Positions 1-8,995 of a stretch of 64,000 bases of DNA are shown one piece after another. The stretch is from positions 14,706 to 78,705 of the forward strand of contig JAIFWV010000003.1 of assembly GCA_019659055.1 (NCBI GenBank), given 5' to 3'. The first letter of the stretch is position 1. Each line of letters opens with the position of its first letter. Origin of the DNA: Candidatus Doudnabacteria bacterium (lineage in GTDB: Bacteria; Patescibacteriota; Doudnabacteria; UBA920; O2-02-FULL-48-8). The notes below the pieces were generated by a model that worked only from the letters and a program-made list of their open reading frames with translations, was not told the DNA's origin and did no database searches. The position numbers and the translations under genes were made by a program.

Positions 1-430
1 CATAAGGAGTCTGGGCCGTAAACTTCTCTACAGAATTCAGTGGCAGGGATCCAAAGACTTCGTCGGTTGAGATATGATGAAATCTTTTTTTATGCTTGAC
101 CGCGGCCTCGAGCAAATTCTGAGTGCCCACGACATTGGTTTGCACAAATTCCTTCGGCCCCAGGATCGATCGATCGACATGAGACTCGGCTGCAAAATTT
201 ACGATGATGTCGCAATTGGCAACCAATCCATCTACCAAATTTTCATCGCCGATATCGCCTTTTACAAATTTATACCGCGGCTTTGTTTCGAATTCTTTCA
301 GGTTATCGAGATTGCCAGCGTAAGTTAATTTATCAAGATTGGTAATTTCGCAATCAGGATATTTGGCAAACAAATAATGGATAAAGTTGGAACCAATGAA
401 TCCGGCCCCGCCAGTGATTAAGTATTTCAT
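1..430 (-). CDS. rfbB: dTDP-glucose 4,6-dehydratase, N-terminal part; the gene runs off the window start
   Basis: Minus-strand translation from ATG at 430-428 gives MKYLITGGAGFIGSNF (GxxGxxG Rossmann motif) followed by VNFAAESHVDRSI, the typical RfbB N-terminus. It is absent from the ORF track because the window edge truncates it. Confidence 0.7.
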   Translation of the reverse strand, partial: MKYLITGGAGFIGSNFIHYLFAKYPDCEITNLDKLTYAGNLDNLKEFETKPRYKFVKGDIGDENLVDGLVANCDIIVNFAAESHVDRSILGPKEFVQTNVVGTQNLLEAAVKHKKRFHHISTDEVFGSLPLNSVEKFTAQTPY

Positions 431-750
431 TATTTTCTTGGGATTATATGAAAATGCAAATGGAAAATCTCTTGACCAGCCGATTGCCCATTGTTGACCG
501 AAAGATTAAAACCGCTGGCGTTGTTTACCTTCATCTGTTTTTCGGCAATTAGCTTTATCCGAGACATAAGTTCTGCCAAAACTTCATCGGGAGTATTCTG
601 TAGATCCTTCGTATGCGTCTTGTGTACGACCAAGGTGTGACCTGCGGTTTTTGGGTGCAGATCCAAGAACGCGACGACTTTATCGTCTTCAAAAACTTTG
701 CTGGTCTGAATCTCGCCGCTGGCTATTTTGCAAAAAATACAATCGGTCAT
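430..750 (-). CDS. HIT-family (histidine triad) nucleotide hydrolase
   Basis: 106 aa with a C-terminal HLHFHIIPR histidine-triad motif. Its stop codon overlaps the rfbB start. Confidence 0.8.
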   Translation of the reverse strand: MTDCIFCKIASGEIQTSKVFEDDKVVAFLDLHPKTAGHTLVVHKTHTKDLQNTPDEVLAELMSRIKLIAEKQMKVNNASGFNLSVNNGQSAGQEIFHLHFHIIPRK

Positions 751-1808
751 TTTGGTTGTAGCTTTATTGTCAGATTAACTTCGGTGCCATTACGCAGGAC
801 TGTGATAGGCATATCGTTGAATCCGTGCTGGTTGATGATCTTTTCAAAGTTGCTTTGAGGCAAGGGTTGATTGTCCACTGAAATAATCAAATCGTTTGTA
901 GCTAGCCCGGCAAGCTTGGCCGGACTGCCGTCATCAACACTTACTACTAGCATTCCGCCGCGGGACAAATTTTTGAGCTTGGCTAAAGGTGTAGATAGAT
1001 TCAGGTTCTTAGCGCCAAATTGCGGCCGCTGAATTTTCCCGTTTTGGAAATAAGAAGACACAGCCGTAGATAGATCTTCGCTTATGAGCACCCCAAGCGA
1101 GGAACTGGTCATTCCCACAACCTTACCGTTTAGGTTGATAATTGGCCCGCCAATATAATCAGAGGTGATTTTGGCATCGCTGGCTATAGTATTTTCAAAT
1201 GCTTCGGTGTAAAAAACGCGATCGAGACTTGAAGCATTGTCTACTGACTGAGTTACTTGGCCCAAGCCGAATTGCCTGGTGAATTCTTTGTTGGACCGGC
1301 CGACGTAAATTAGTTTTTGGGCGGCTTGCAAATCCCAAGCATCGGCAAATTGAGCAAACGGCAGATTGTTGGCGCTAATTGTGAGCACGGCCAGTTCGCT
1401 CCGCGGATCCAAAGCTCTGAGAGTCCCAGGAAAGCTAGTGCCATCGTTTGTGACAACGACGAGGGAGCCGGGTGCGCCCAAATTGGCCCTTGAGGTGAGA
1501 ATCATGCCGTCTGAGGAAGCGATAATGCCGTTTCCCAAAAATCTGAAGCTCGCTCCCGACTGGGAGTAAATGGTTACGGTAAAAGCCGCGGCTTGTTTGC
1601 TCAAGTCCAAATAATTTGCGCCTTCGTTGATCTGAACTTCTTCGCGGCGGTTGATAATTACCGGATTACTGCTCTCCAATTTGTGCAGACCCGAAAGTCC
1701 CGGCATGCTGGCAAGCCACGGAATGACGAATCGATTAAACAGCACTCCGCCAATACCACCGACCACCAGAGCAATCACTAGAATCCAGATCCATTTATTT
1801 CGCAACAT
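747..1808 (-). CDS. HtrA/DegP-like trypsin-fold serine protease with a C-terminal PDZ domain, N-terminal membrane anchor
   Basis: 353 aa with an N-terminal TM helix, a GGPIIN segment resembling the protease serine motif, and a PDZ-like C-terminus (GGMLVVSVDDGSPAKLAGL). It overlaps the HIT gene by 4 nt. Confidence 0.6.
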   Translation of the reverse strand: MLRNKWIWILVIALVVGGIGGVLFNRFVIPWLASMPGLSGLHKLESSNPVIINRREEVQINEGANYLDLSKQAAAFTVTIYSQSGASFRFLGNGIIASSDGMILTSRANLGAPGSLVVVTNDGTSFPGTLRALDPRSELAVLTISANNLPFAQFADAWDLQAAQKLIYVGRSNKEFTRQFGLGQVTQSVDNASSLDRVFYTEAFENTIASDAKITSDYIGGPIINLNGKVVGMTSSSLGVLISEDLSTAVSSYFQNGKIQRPQFGAKNLNLSTPLAKLKNLSRGGMLVVSVDDGSPAKLAGLATNDLIISVDNQPLPQSNFEKIINQHGFNDMPITVLRNGTEVNLTIKLQPK

Positions 1809-2085
1809 AGCCTTCTTTCTTTAGCAGTTTAATTTTGTAGTTGATGCCACCTGGCGCTGAGTAGCCGCGCATCTCACCGGTCGAGGCAATCACACGGTGG
1901 CAAGGTATGTGCGGCGCATCTAGGTTGCGCGACAATGCCTGCCCCACGGCCCGTGCGGCTTTGGGCTGGCCGATCTTGCGTGCGACTTGGCCATAAGTCC
2001 AAACTTGCCCTTTGGGGATTTTGAGAATAGCCTTGTAAACCTTCTGCTGAAAAGCAGTGTATTTAGACCAATCAATATTTTTCAT
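1795..2085 (-). CDS. ogt: Methylated-DNA-protein-cysteine methyltransferase, DNA-binding/active-site domain (MGMT/Ogt family)
   Basis: 96 aa with the PCHRV active-site motif and the GYSAPGGI segment typical of MGMT C-terminal domains. Confidence 0.8.
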   Translation of the reverse strand: MKNIDWSKYTAFQQKVYKAILKIPKGQVWTYGQVARKIGQPKAARAVGQALSRNLDAPHIPCHRVIASTGEMRGYSAPGGINYKIKLLKKEGYVAK

Positions 2086-2090
2086 AAGTT

Positions 2091-2810
2091 TTAACGGTTA
2101 TGAGGAAGAAAATTTGCCGAGAGCAGAGTCGCGGCCAATACGATGATAACTAAACTCAATTGCAAATAAATTTTATTGCGGGTGAGCTTGCCAAAGAATG
2201 CCGAAAAAGAAAAAATCCAAAGTAGATAGAAAATCGAGAACGCCACAATAGCGTTAACTATGTAGTATGTCGGCCAGAGGGACAGCCCCCAGGCGGCCTG
2301 GGCACAAACAAGTGCGATAAGAAAACTAAAGTATTTCTTGACCGGGAGCGAAAACCCGGCAAAGCCCTGGATGATGAGGAGATAAGAAAAAACAAAAACC
2401 AGAAGCACGACCCAAACAAAACTTAGGCGCGGAAAATAGAATTGCAAACTGAATATCCCGGTAAAGATCGCAAACGCCGAGAACAAAAAGACATTCTGTA
2501 AAAAGTGACTCTCGCGTCCCAACTGCATTTCCAGAAAATAAAAAATTGCGCAGGCGGCAATGAGAAACCATAGCCTGGCCGAAGGACTTGCGATAACCGC
2601 AAAAATACTTCCGGATCCGAGCAGATAAAAACACGGCAAAAGCAAATGCGGCCAACTCACCCCCACTCGCTTGATATTTATAGCAAATGTCGCGGCGATA
2701 AACAAAACGAGCCCTGTGGCAAAGACATATAAGCTTTGGGTCGAGCCGTAAAAAACCAGGAACAATAATATCCCTAAGATTAGTGAAGAAACTCGATTGA
2801 ACATGACCAA
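2091..2810 (-). CDS. Polytopic integral membrane protein, function unknown
   Basis: 239 aa, almost entirely hydrophobic helices, with no recognisable motif. Confidence 0.5.
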   Translation of the reverse strand: MVMFNRVSSLILGILLFLVFYGSTQSLYVFATGLVLFIAATFAINIKRVGVSWPHLLLPCFYLLGSGSIFAVIASPSARLWFLIAACAIFYFLEMQLGRESHFLQNVFLFSAFAIFTGIFSLQFYFPRLSFVWVVLLVFVFSYLLIIQGFAGFSLPVKKYFSFLIALVCAQAAWGLSLWPTYYIVNAIVAFSIFYLLWIFSFSAFFGKLTRNKIYLQLSLVIIVLAATLLSANFLPHNR

Positions 2811-2835
2811 ATCATAACAATTCTGTCGAGTTTTG

Positions 2836-3702
2836 TCATTTGGGGGCTTCCCACGCGCCGCGGACCTTTCCTTGTCTCAGGAAAATGAAAATTCCTGCGG
2901 CCATGACACCAATTATAGCCGTGAGCTGGTCAACTTTGATTCCTCCCAAATACGACGAATCGAGCCGGATCCCTTCGATAAAAAACCGGCCCAAAGAATA
3001 AAGTCCAAGGTATGTAAATGCTAGAACTCCGGACTTAACTTTGCCAACCAATAATTTGGTCAGGATGAAAAATATTATGCAGTTGAGAATGGCCTCGTAA
3101 AGGAAAGCCGGATGGAAAAAATTACTGTCTTTAAACTGCAGCGGCCGGTTGCTGATATCAACATACATTTTCCACGGCAGATTTGTGGGGAGACCGTAAG
3201 CTTCCTGATTGAAAAAATTACCGAACCGCCCCACGGCCTGAGCCAGAGGCAAGGACAAGGCGGCCAAATCCAAAAGCTGATACATAGAATAAGCCTTATG
3301 GCGGCCATAGATGAGGATAAAAATAAGGCCCGAGATGAGCGCGCCGTAAATAGAAAGTCCCCCGTGCCAGATTTTGTAGACTTCGGAAATATTATGCGAA
3401 AACAAATCCCATTCAAATACCACATAATAAATACGTGCCCCGATTAAACCTATGATCGTGATCCAAAAGGCAATGTCATCGACTTCGCTTTTGCTGATCC
3501 CAAACCGCCACGAAAATTTACGGGCAATAAAATACCCAATGAGGATACCCGAAGCCAAGATCAGGCCGTAAAACCTGAGGCCAAATTTACCGATATTGAT
3601 CTGGGAGGGAATGGCGATTTTTCCGGCGAAGGCTGGGGCAAACACAAAAAAAACTAGCGCCATTGCCAGCACAATTGCTGATGCCCAATAAAATATTTTC
3701 AT
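2836..3702 (-). CDS. lgt: Prolipoprotein diacylglyceryl transferase
   Basis: 288 aa polytopic membrane protein carrying the Lgt signature GRFGNFFNQE and HPAFLYE. Confidence 0.85.
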   Translation of the reverse strand: MKIFYWASAIVLAMALVFFVFAPAFAGKIAIPSQINIGKFGLRFYGLILASGILIGYFIARKFSWRFGISKSEVDDIAFWITIIGLIGARIYYVVFEWDLFSHNISEVYKIWHGGLSIYGALISGLIFILIYGRHKAYSMYQLLDLAALSLPLAQAVGRFGNFFNQEAYGLPTNLPWKMYVDISNRPLQFKDSNFFHPAFLYEAILNCIIFFILTKLLVGKVKSGVLAFTYLGLYSLGRFFIEGIRLDSSYLGGIKVDQLTAIIGVMAAGIFIFLRQGKVRGAWEAPK

Positions 3703-3712
3703 GAATGCAAAT

Positions 3713-4297
3713 TTAAAAAAGTGAAATCTGGCGCTGGACCGGACGTCTCATTTCTGGCTCGGGGAATAATATCTTAAGCTCGCGCGTGTCGAAATAATCC
3801 TTATAGAGAAGTTTGCCGTATTTTTGGACATAGTCATAGACCTCTTTGGTAATTTTGACATCTTGGGAGCAATATTTTTTTAGCTCCTCAATCCTTCCTT
3901 GTCGAAACATACGCAAGGCCTCGAGCCCATCGCCGCTCTTGCCCACTCCGAGTGTTGTCTGCGCGACATTGTCGAGCCGCACACGGTGGCCGATGAGTTT
4001 TTCGATCTCAACCATGATATCCAATGTCGGCAAAGTATGAGGATCATAGGTCAGATAAGGCTTCAAAACCTCGTAATCAAAATTTTTGATATTGAAACCG
4101 ATGATCAAATCCGCTTCTTGGAACATTTCACCCACCCGGTAAACCTGGTCTTCCGTAAAACAGTAGTGTTTGTCTTCTAAATATGAGTAAACTCCTACAA
4201 CTGAGACTTTGAGGAGATGGTTTTTGCCGTATCCCCCGACTTCTTCAAATGATTTTTGGGTTTCTACATCGAACACAATCTTATTTAAAGCCGCCAT
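3713..4297 (-). CDS. Predicted 3'-5' exonuclease, RNase H-like fold (PolB-exonuclease-like/YprB family)
   Basis: 194 aa with three exo-type motifs in the expected order and spacing: FDVET (Exo I), GFNIKNFDYEVL (Exo II) and YCSQDVKIT (Exo III, DEDDy). Confidence 0.55.
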   Translation of the reverse strand: MAALNKIVFDVETQKSFEEVGGYGKNHLLKVSVVGVYSYLEDKHYCFTEDQVYRVGEMFQEADLIIGFNIKNFDYEVLKPYLTYDPHTLPTLDIMVEIEKLIGHRVRLDNVAQTTLGVGKSGDGLEALRMFRQGRIEELKKYCSQDVKITKEVYDYVQKYGKLLYKDYFDTRELKILFPEPEMRRPVQRQISLF

Positions 4298-4360
4298 TTG
4301 GGTTTCTATTTCATTTAGTATTTTGACTTACCAATTATAGCATAATCTTTTTGGACAAAT

Positions 4361-4393
4361 AAAAAAGGGTGGAAGAAACTGGTTCTTCCACCC
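4361..4393 (-). terminator. Rho-independent terminator downstream of the 4410..6032 gene
   Basis: Perfect 11-bp stem GGGTGGAAGAA/TTCTTCCACCC with a 5-nt loop. On the minus-strand RNA it is followed by a U6 tract (forward A-run at 4361-4366). Confidence 0.7.
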
Positions 4394-4409
4394 TGCGTCT
4401 CGGATTGGA

Positions 4410-6032
4410 CTACTCGACTGCCTCGGCGCGAAGCTCGTCCACGGTTACGGCCTGACCGCTCATAGCACTGTATGCGGCCGCGAGCTGTTCGTTGATGAGC
4501 GAGGGATCATGTCCCTGCAGACGGACAAGGAAGTTCTTGCGATGTTTTCCCTGCGTCCGTGCAAGCAATCCACCAATCATGTTTCCGCCTTTCTTCTTGC
4601 GGGAAAGCTTGAGCTTGCGGATGAGACCGATCTTTGCTTCCTTGAGGGCTTTTGCGCCTTCGGCGGCCGCATAGATAAGGTTCAGCTGAGCATTCAGCTT
4701 ATCCCCGTTCGGCAGGAGCTTGTCGATCGCCCCGTGAGGTATCCGCTTGCATCCGTTCGGTTTCGTGGGACGGCTCGGCCGTACCGGCTGCAATTCCTTC
4801 TGAGGCTTGCCGCCATTCGGCTCAGCAGAAACAATTCCCGCCGAACTGAACTTGGTGACGAGCTCCGAAAGCTGCTGCATGAACTGCTGAAACTTCGCCG
4901 TCTCATCCGACCGGCTTGCAGCCGACGTCAGCTGTTTGAATTCCGCTTCGGCATCGCCGCCGACCGCCTTGACGATCGATTCCAATTTCGGATACTTGGA
5001 CATTTCCGGTTTCTCCTGTTTGCGCTGCTTTTCGGGCAGGGGTTGGCTGGGACTCAAAAGCTCTTGCTTGAGCCAGAGAGTGTAGAGTTGTTTCGCGAAG
5101 GAAGCATCTGTGCCGCGGACCGACTTTTTGGAGAAATGGAAGAAGTAAGTCCGCATCGGAAACGGTGCTCCGGAAGAGTACGAAACGTATCCGTACCGAT
5201 AAACCTTGTCCGGGAGCGCGTACCGCCCGTAGAACTTCAAGAGCAGGATCATGTGGTAGAAGAATCCAAGCTCTCGAATAACACCGAGGCCGTTGCTTGC
5301 GCTGTGCTCCGAAGCCAGGGATGACTTCAGTCGTTCGTAACGAAAACCAAGCATGCGCTGCAACTTTTTTTCTATCGCTGGAAAATTTTCCACCGATAGA
5401 TTTCGCCTAGCGTCGGCGACCGTGACTGCCAAACAGCGGCCGCGGCCTTTGGCCACGTGCAAGACGATTCGGCGTGCCTTCTCTACAGCGGGCTCGATCG
5501 TGCCGCATAGATCCAGATGAAACGCGTCTATCTGGCGCTTGCTCCCGCTTATTGCTCGAAACGCTTTCGGGAACTTGCGCAATGAAGATACGTAGTGATA
5601 AGGCGATTCTCGAATGAGCTTGTCCGAGTGGGACTTCTGCCGCTCAATAACCCAGCCGTTATCAGCAGAAATCCCTGATTCCTGCCAAATCTTGGCTTCT
5701 CTTCCTTCGCCGCCCAAAGAAGCAATTACAGCCTCATTTAGGGGCATATACTTCTGTATGAATTGAAGGAAGAGCCGAAGGACATGATTCTTCTGCTCTT
5801 TTGTATCCAATTTGACTCCTCCTTGTGAGATCAAAGAACCCATAATTCTAAACAAATCCAGGCTTTTTGTCAATGCTCCTGCCCCCTTGGTAACATTGAC
5901 AAATTTACCTTCAAATGTTATTATGGTACGTTCCAAACGGTCTTTGATAAAACTTTGGTTAGGAGGAGATATAATGTCATTCAACAATCCCAGAGTCGTG
6001 AATTTCGTACCGCCGACAAGGCCGGAACTCAA
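4410..6032 (-). CDS. Large hypothetical protein (540 aa as called), no recognisable family
   Basis: Long GC-rich ORF followed by its own strong terminator. The 5' end overlaps the promoter and start of the divergent 5974 gene, so the true start may be an internal Met (for example near 5846). It contains an FHLDLCGT segment that I could not match to a family. Confidence 0.5.
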   Translation of the reverse strand: MSSGLVGGTKFTTLGLLNDIISPPNQSFIKDRLERTIITFEGKFVNVTKGAGALTKSLDLFRIMGSLISQGGVKLDTKEQKNHVLRLFLQFIQKYMPLNEAVIASLGGEGREAKIWQESGISADNGWVIERQKSHSDKLIRESPYHYVSSLRKFPKAFRAISGSKRQIDAFHLDLCGTIEPAVEKARRIVLHVAKGRGRCLAVTVADARRNLSVENFPAIEKKLQRMLGFRYERLKSSLASEHSASNGLGVIRELGFFYHMILLLKFYGRYALPDKVYRYGYVSYSSGAPFPMRTYFFHFSKKSVRGTDASFAKQLYTLWLKQELLSPSQPLPEKQRKQEKPEMSKYPKLESIVKAVGGDAEAEFKQLTSAASRSDETAKFQQFMQQLSELVTKFSSAGIVSAEPNGGKPQKELQPVRPSRPTKPNGCKRIPHGAIDKLLPNGDKLNAQLNLIYAAAEGAKALKEAKIGLIRKLKLSRKKKGGNMIGGLLARTQGKHRKNFLVRLQGHDPSLINEQLAAAYSAMSGQAVTVDELRAEAVE

Positions 6033-7410
6033 TCCGGTTCTGGATCAGGTGATCCTGCATCTTGAGGAACACACCCATAAGTACTTCCGCGGCAAAGGAC
6101 TGCTTTTTCAGCTCTATAGCGCATGGCTCTTGTTCTTCAAAGATCTAAGGAAGGATTCATCCCAGCAGGGCACCAACAAAGCCCTCGACGCGGTGAAGCT
6201 GGCCTTCCTTCAGGTTTTTGCAATCCTGCAAGATCCTCCGCTCAACAACCCCACTGCGGAAGACCTGGTCGCAATTGGTAAGCGACTGCAGTCACTGCTC
6301 ACACAGCTTCAGATCGAAACCAGGAATTCCAAAAACGCACAAGACAAAGCATTTGCGCTTGAGACAGCCTTGCAACAACGGCTGCTCGAGCTGGGCAAAG
6401 CCAAGCAACGGACTTCGGAAGCTGAAGGTGCAGCTGAGAAACTCCGGATCCAAGTCGCTGAGGTCGCAAAGAAGACTCAATCTTCGGAGGCTATCAACGC
6501 CGTTCTGGCTGAGGGACACAAAGAGCTCGAATACCTCGAGCGGCTCGCACTCACTGTCCACGGTATGAAATCCACCTTGGCCACTGCCATTACCCAGCTC
6601 GCCGATTCAACGGACGTCAAGAAGGCAATTGCCGGGGAAGAGTCTGGGTTTCAGGCGGTTGATCTCACGGCCGATATCGAACGGCGAACCCAATGGCTGA
6701 GTGAGGTGCGTCCGCTAATCAACCACCTGGCGGAGCAACGCCGAGAGCTCGAAGAAAAACTCTCGACGGTATCCGACCGCGTGAAGTTCGGCACGGAGGA
6801 TGAGTTCGAGGAGAAAAGACTTGAGACCTCCTTCGAGAAGCTCAACTTTCAGATAGACCGGCTGGTCGAGGACGAAAAGCTCGTCACCGACCAACTACGA
6901 AAGTTGCAGTCGTACCAGAGAGCGGTAGAGCTCATTCGCACCTTCAATCCAAAAGTCCTGATGCAAGGGCTGCTGCCTGAAATCCAGGAAATCGAACCGA
7001 TCGAAGAGCTAGTCCCGATTCCTGTTCTGCCGGCTGGCGAGGTTGCCAAACGTTTCGGGCAACTCCAGGCGATCAGCAAGGAATCCGGTCTCGAAGTCAG
7101 TGCAGTCTTTACCCTGAGCCTCTATGAATGTCTGCCCCCGGCTCTCCGTCAGAAAGCCGCGACTTCTGTTCTCAGGGCGGCATACGATGCAGGACTGATC
7201 AGGAATTTCGGACTTCCTGACAAGCGAGTTCTTCTTGAGTCCTGGAGGACGCCCGACAAGCGGGAAGAAAAGTTCGTTCAATACCTGGGAAAGTTTGCAG
7301 GAGGAATCTATCGGCGGACAGCAAGTACTCTGCCCTGGAATGTAAAGCAGTTGTTTACTCCAGAGGAGATCGAAACCTTCGTGCGGTGCATCCCTAAAAA
7401 CGAGAAATAG
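5974..7410 (+). CDS. Coiled-coil protein (about 478 aa), function unknown
   Basis: AGGAGGAG Shine-Dalgarno at 5961-5968, then ATG at 5974 (MSFNNPRVVN...). The protein has a long Q/E/L/K-rich heptad-like central region. The ORF-track start at 5812 lacks an RBS. A canonical terminator follows. Confidence 0.6.
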   Translation: MSFNNPRVVNFVPPTRPELNPVLDQVILHLEEHTHKYFRGKGLLFQLYSAWLLFFKDLRKDSSQQGTNKALDAVKLAFLQVFAILQDPPLNNPTAEDLVAIGKRLQSLLTQLQIETRNSKNAQDKAFALETALQQRLLELGKAKQRTSEAEGAAEKLRIQVAEVAKKTQSSEAINAVLAEGHKELEYLERLALTVHGMKSTLATAITQLADSTDVKKAIAGEESGFQAVDLTADIERRTQWLSEVRPLINHLAEQRRELEEKLSTVSDRVKFGTEDEFEEKRLETSFEKLNFQIDRLVEDEKLVTDQLRKLQSYQRAVELIRTFNPKVLMQGLLPEIQEIEPIEELVPIPVLPAGEVAKRFGQLQAISKESGLEVSAVFTLSLYECLPPALRQKAATSVLRAAYDAGLIRNFGLPDKRVLLESWRTPDKREEKFVQYLGKFAGGIYRRTASTLPWNVKQLFTPEEIETFVRCIPKNEK

Positions 7411-7414
7411 AAAA

Positions 7415-7464
7415 AGCGTCAGCTCTCATAAGTTTTCACTTATGGAGCTGACGCTGTTTTTTTA
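7415..7464. terminator. Bidirectional intrinsic terminator between the convergent genes 5974..7410 and 7472..8995
   Basis: Stem AGCGTCAGCTC/GAGCTGACGCT with T9 downstream on the plus strand and an A-run upstream, so it can terminate the minus strand as well. Confidence 0.75.
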
Positions 7465-7471
7465 TTGCAAC

Positions 7472-8995
7472 TTACTTCGACTTCAGGAAATCCTTCCGAC
7501 GTTCGGCGACGAAACACCTCACTTCGTTTGGGTTATCCGAATAGATCGCCTGACCCGCGGCTTCGAGGACCTTGAGTATAACGTGCTCATCGCGCGCCTC
7601 CCGCGTCGTAGGCATCGCTATGTACCCGCCATCACTGATATGGATGACTTGGCCATTGGCAATGTCCACTTCCGCGTAAATCCGAGGATCCATCGGGCGT
7701 TTGTTGAGCACGAATGTCCGGTCTCCGATCCGCACCTGCACCACACGAGGTTTGCCGTTGGTGTTGGGGTTGAGTTGGGGTCCTCGAGTCCCCTTGCCTT
7801 CCGGATTGGTGGTGTGAGTACCCGACCCGTTCCGACTGCGCACGCGCGGCCCATCCTCGAAGAGGATTCCTCCACAACCGCCGTTGCTGTCGGGTTTACC
7901 CCAAACGTGATTACACCTTTCGATGAACGAGATGAGGGATTTGGATGCCGGGTCCCGCCCGATAACGTCGTCGTCTCCCAGGAGCGATTTGGCTTTGGGC
8001 ACCACCTGCCCGACGAGGTAAGTGGTCAGTCGCCGCCATGCCGCCGATGAGAGATAACGCGAAGAGAAGCTTGCGCGGGCCGTATCCTGGTTTGCCAAGA
8101 AATCACGGCCGAAAATGTCCCCAATCAGGTCCGGCTTCCAGAGCGGATAGGGCAAGCGCTGGGGTCCGAGCACTCGAGCCGATGCCACACGGAGGCCCGT
8201 ATTGGCGTCGGTAAACCAGATGCCGCCGTTGAGATCATCGCGATCGTCGAGACGATCGAGATAAGTCTCAATCGGACCGTCCTCTTGCGTGATCACAACC
8301 TTATCGGCCAATGGCGGCGCCACGATCTGTTTGCCGCCGACTTCGAGCCGGTACATGAGATCGCGCTTCCGGGGCACTCGCCACATCAGAGCCTCACGGA
8401 TCTGATCGTAGTTATGGAAAACCGAGTTTGGCACGACAATTGCCGTGAACGAACCCTTGATTCCCTTTTGAGGTCCCAATTCCGCCGACGTCTCCGAGAT
8501 AGTTTCGGCGACAATGGCGCCATTCTGCAGTTCGATTTTCTCCGGGATCATGGAAACCATGACCACGGGTCCTTCGGTTGCGGTCCGCGTGAGGATATAA
8601 AACCCCGTACTGATGTCGCCATCTACGGACTTTTGATTCAGACCCGGACCGGAAAATCTACCGATGCGCTTCTGCGCCGCACCCGAGTGTCCCGAACCGG
8701 GGTCACCAATGGCGGGGCCAATGGTGCAATAGAGCCGAATTGCGGGTTGGGTGAAGCCTGACCCGTGATCGAGTATGACCAGGGACTTGGACTTGGGACC
8801 GAGCGGATGATTGTCGACGAGGAAAATTTCCACATGACCGAGCTTCGGCACCCACTTGCCTTCCGGCATGCAGGCGCACAGCCCGTTGCGGATCAATTCG
8901 GCGAGACAATCTCCAGGATCTTTGTAAAGATCCGTGGCAAGGTTCTCGAGGATGTGTCTTGCGGTAAGCTTCAACTGCCAGATTTCGCTGCTCAT
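7472..8995 (-). CDS. GHKL/Bergerat-fold ATPase (HATPase_c_3, MORC/paraMORC-like N-terminus) with an uncharacterised 350-aa C-terminal region
   Basis: N-box AELIRNGLCA (ExxxN), G1 box VILDHGSGFT (DxGxG) and G2 box IGRFSGPGLNQKS (compare the MORC motif IGQFGNGFKS) occur in canonical order within the first 130 aa. There is no HisKA or phosphoacceptor domain upstream. It overlaps the upstream gene by ATGA. Confidence 0.6.
   Translation of the reverse strand: MSSEIWQLKLTARHILENLATDLYKDPGDCLAELIRNGLCACMPEGKWVPKLGHVEIFLVDNHPLGPKSKSLVILDHGSGFTQPAIRLYCTIGPAIGDPGSGHSGAAQKRIGRFSGPGLNQKSVDGDISTGFYILTRTATEGPVVMVSMIPEKIELQNGAIVAETISETSAELGPQKGIKGSFTAIVVPNSVFHNYDQIREALMWRVPRKRDLMYRLEVGGKQIVAPPLADKVVITQEDGPIETYLDRLDDRDDLNGGIWFTDANTGLRVASARVLGPQRLPYPLWKPDLIGDIFGRDFLANQDTARASFSSRYLSSAAWRRLTTYLVGQVVPKAKSLLGDDDVIGRDPASKSLISFIERCNHVWGKPDSNGGCGGILFEDGPRVRSRNGSGTHTTNPEGKGTRGPQLNPNTNGKPRVVQVRIGDRTFVLNKRPMDPRIYAEVDIANGQVIHISDGGYIAMPTTREARDEHVILKVLEAAGQAIYSDNPNEVRCFVAERRKDFLKSK

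Noticed and set aside
4410-6032. N6/N4 DNA methyltransferase call for the 540-aa protein based on the FHLDLCGT and SPYH segments
   Set aside because: The motif order and spacing (37 aa apart, SPYH rather than DPPY/NPPF, no GxG) do not fit any MTase class, so the protein is left as unknown.
7442-8761. Plus-strand ORFs 7442..8050 and 8285..8761 and the nested minus-strand ORFs inside the GHKL gene
   Set aside because: These are GC-rich antisense or alternate-frame artefacts with no RBS. The minus-strand frame carries coherent GHKL motifs.
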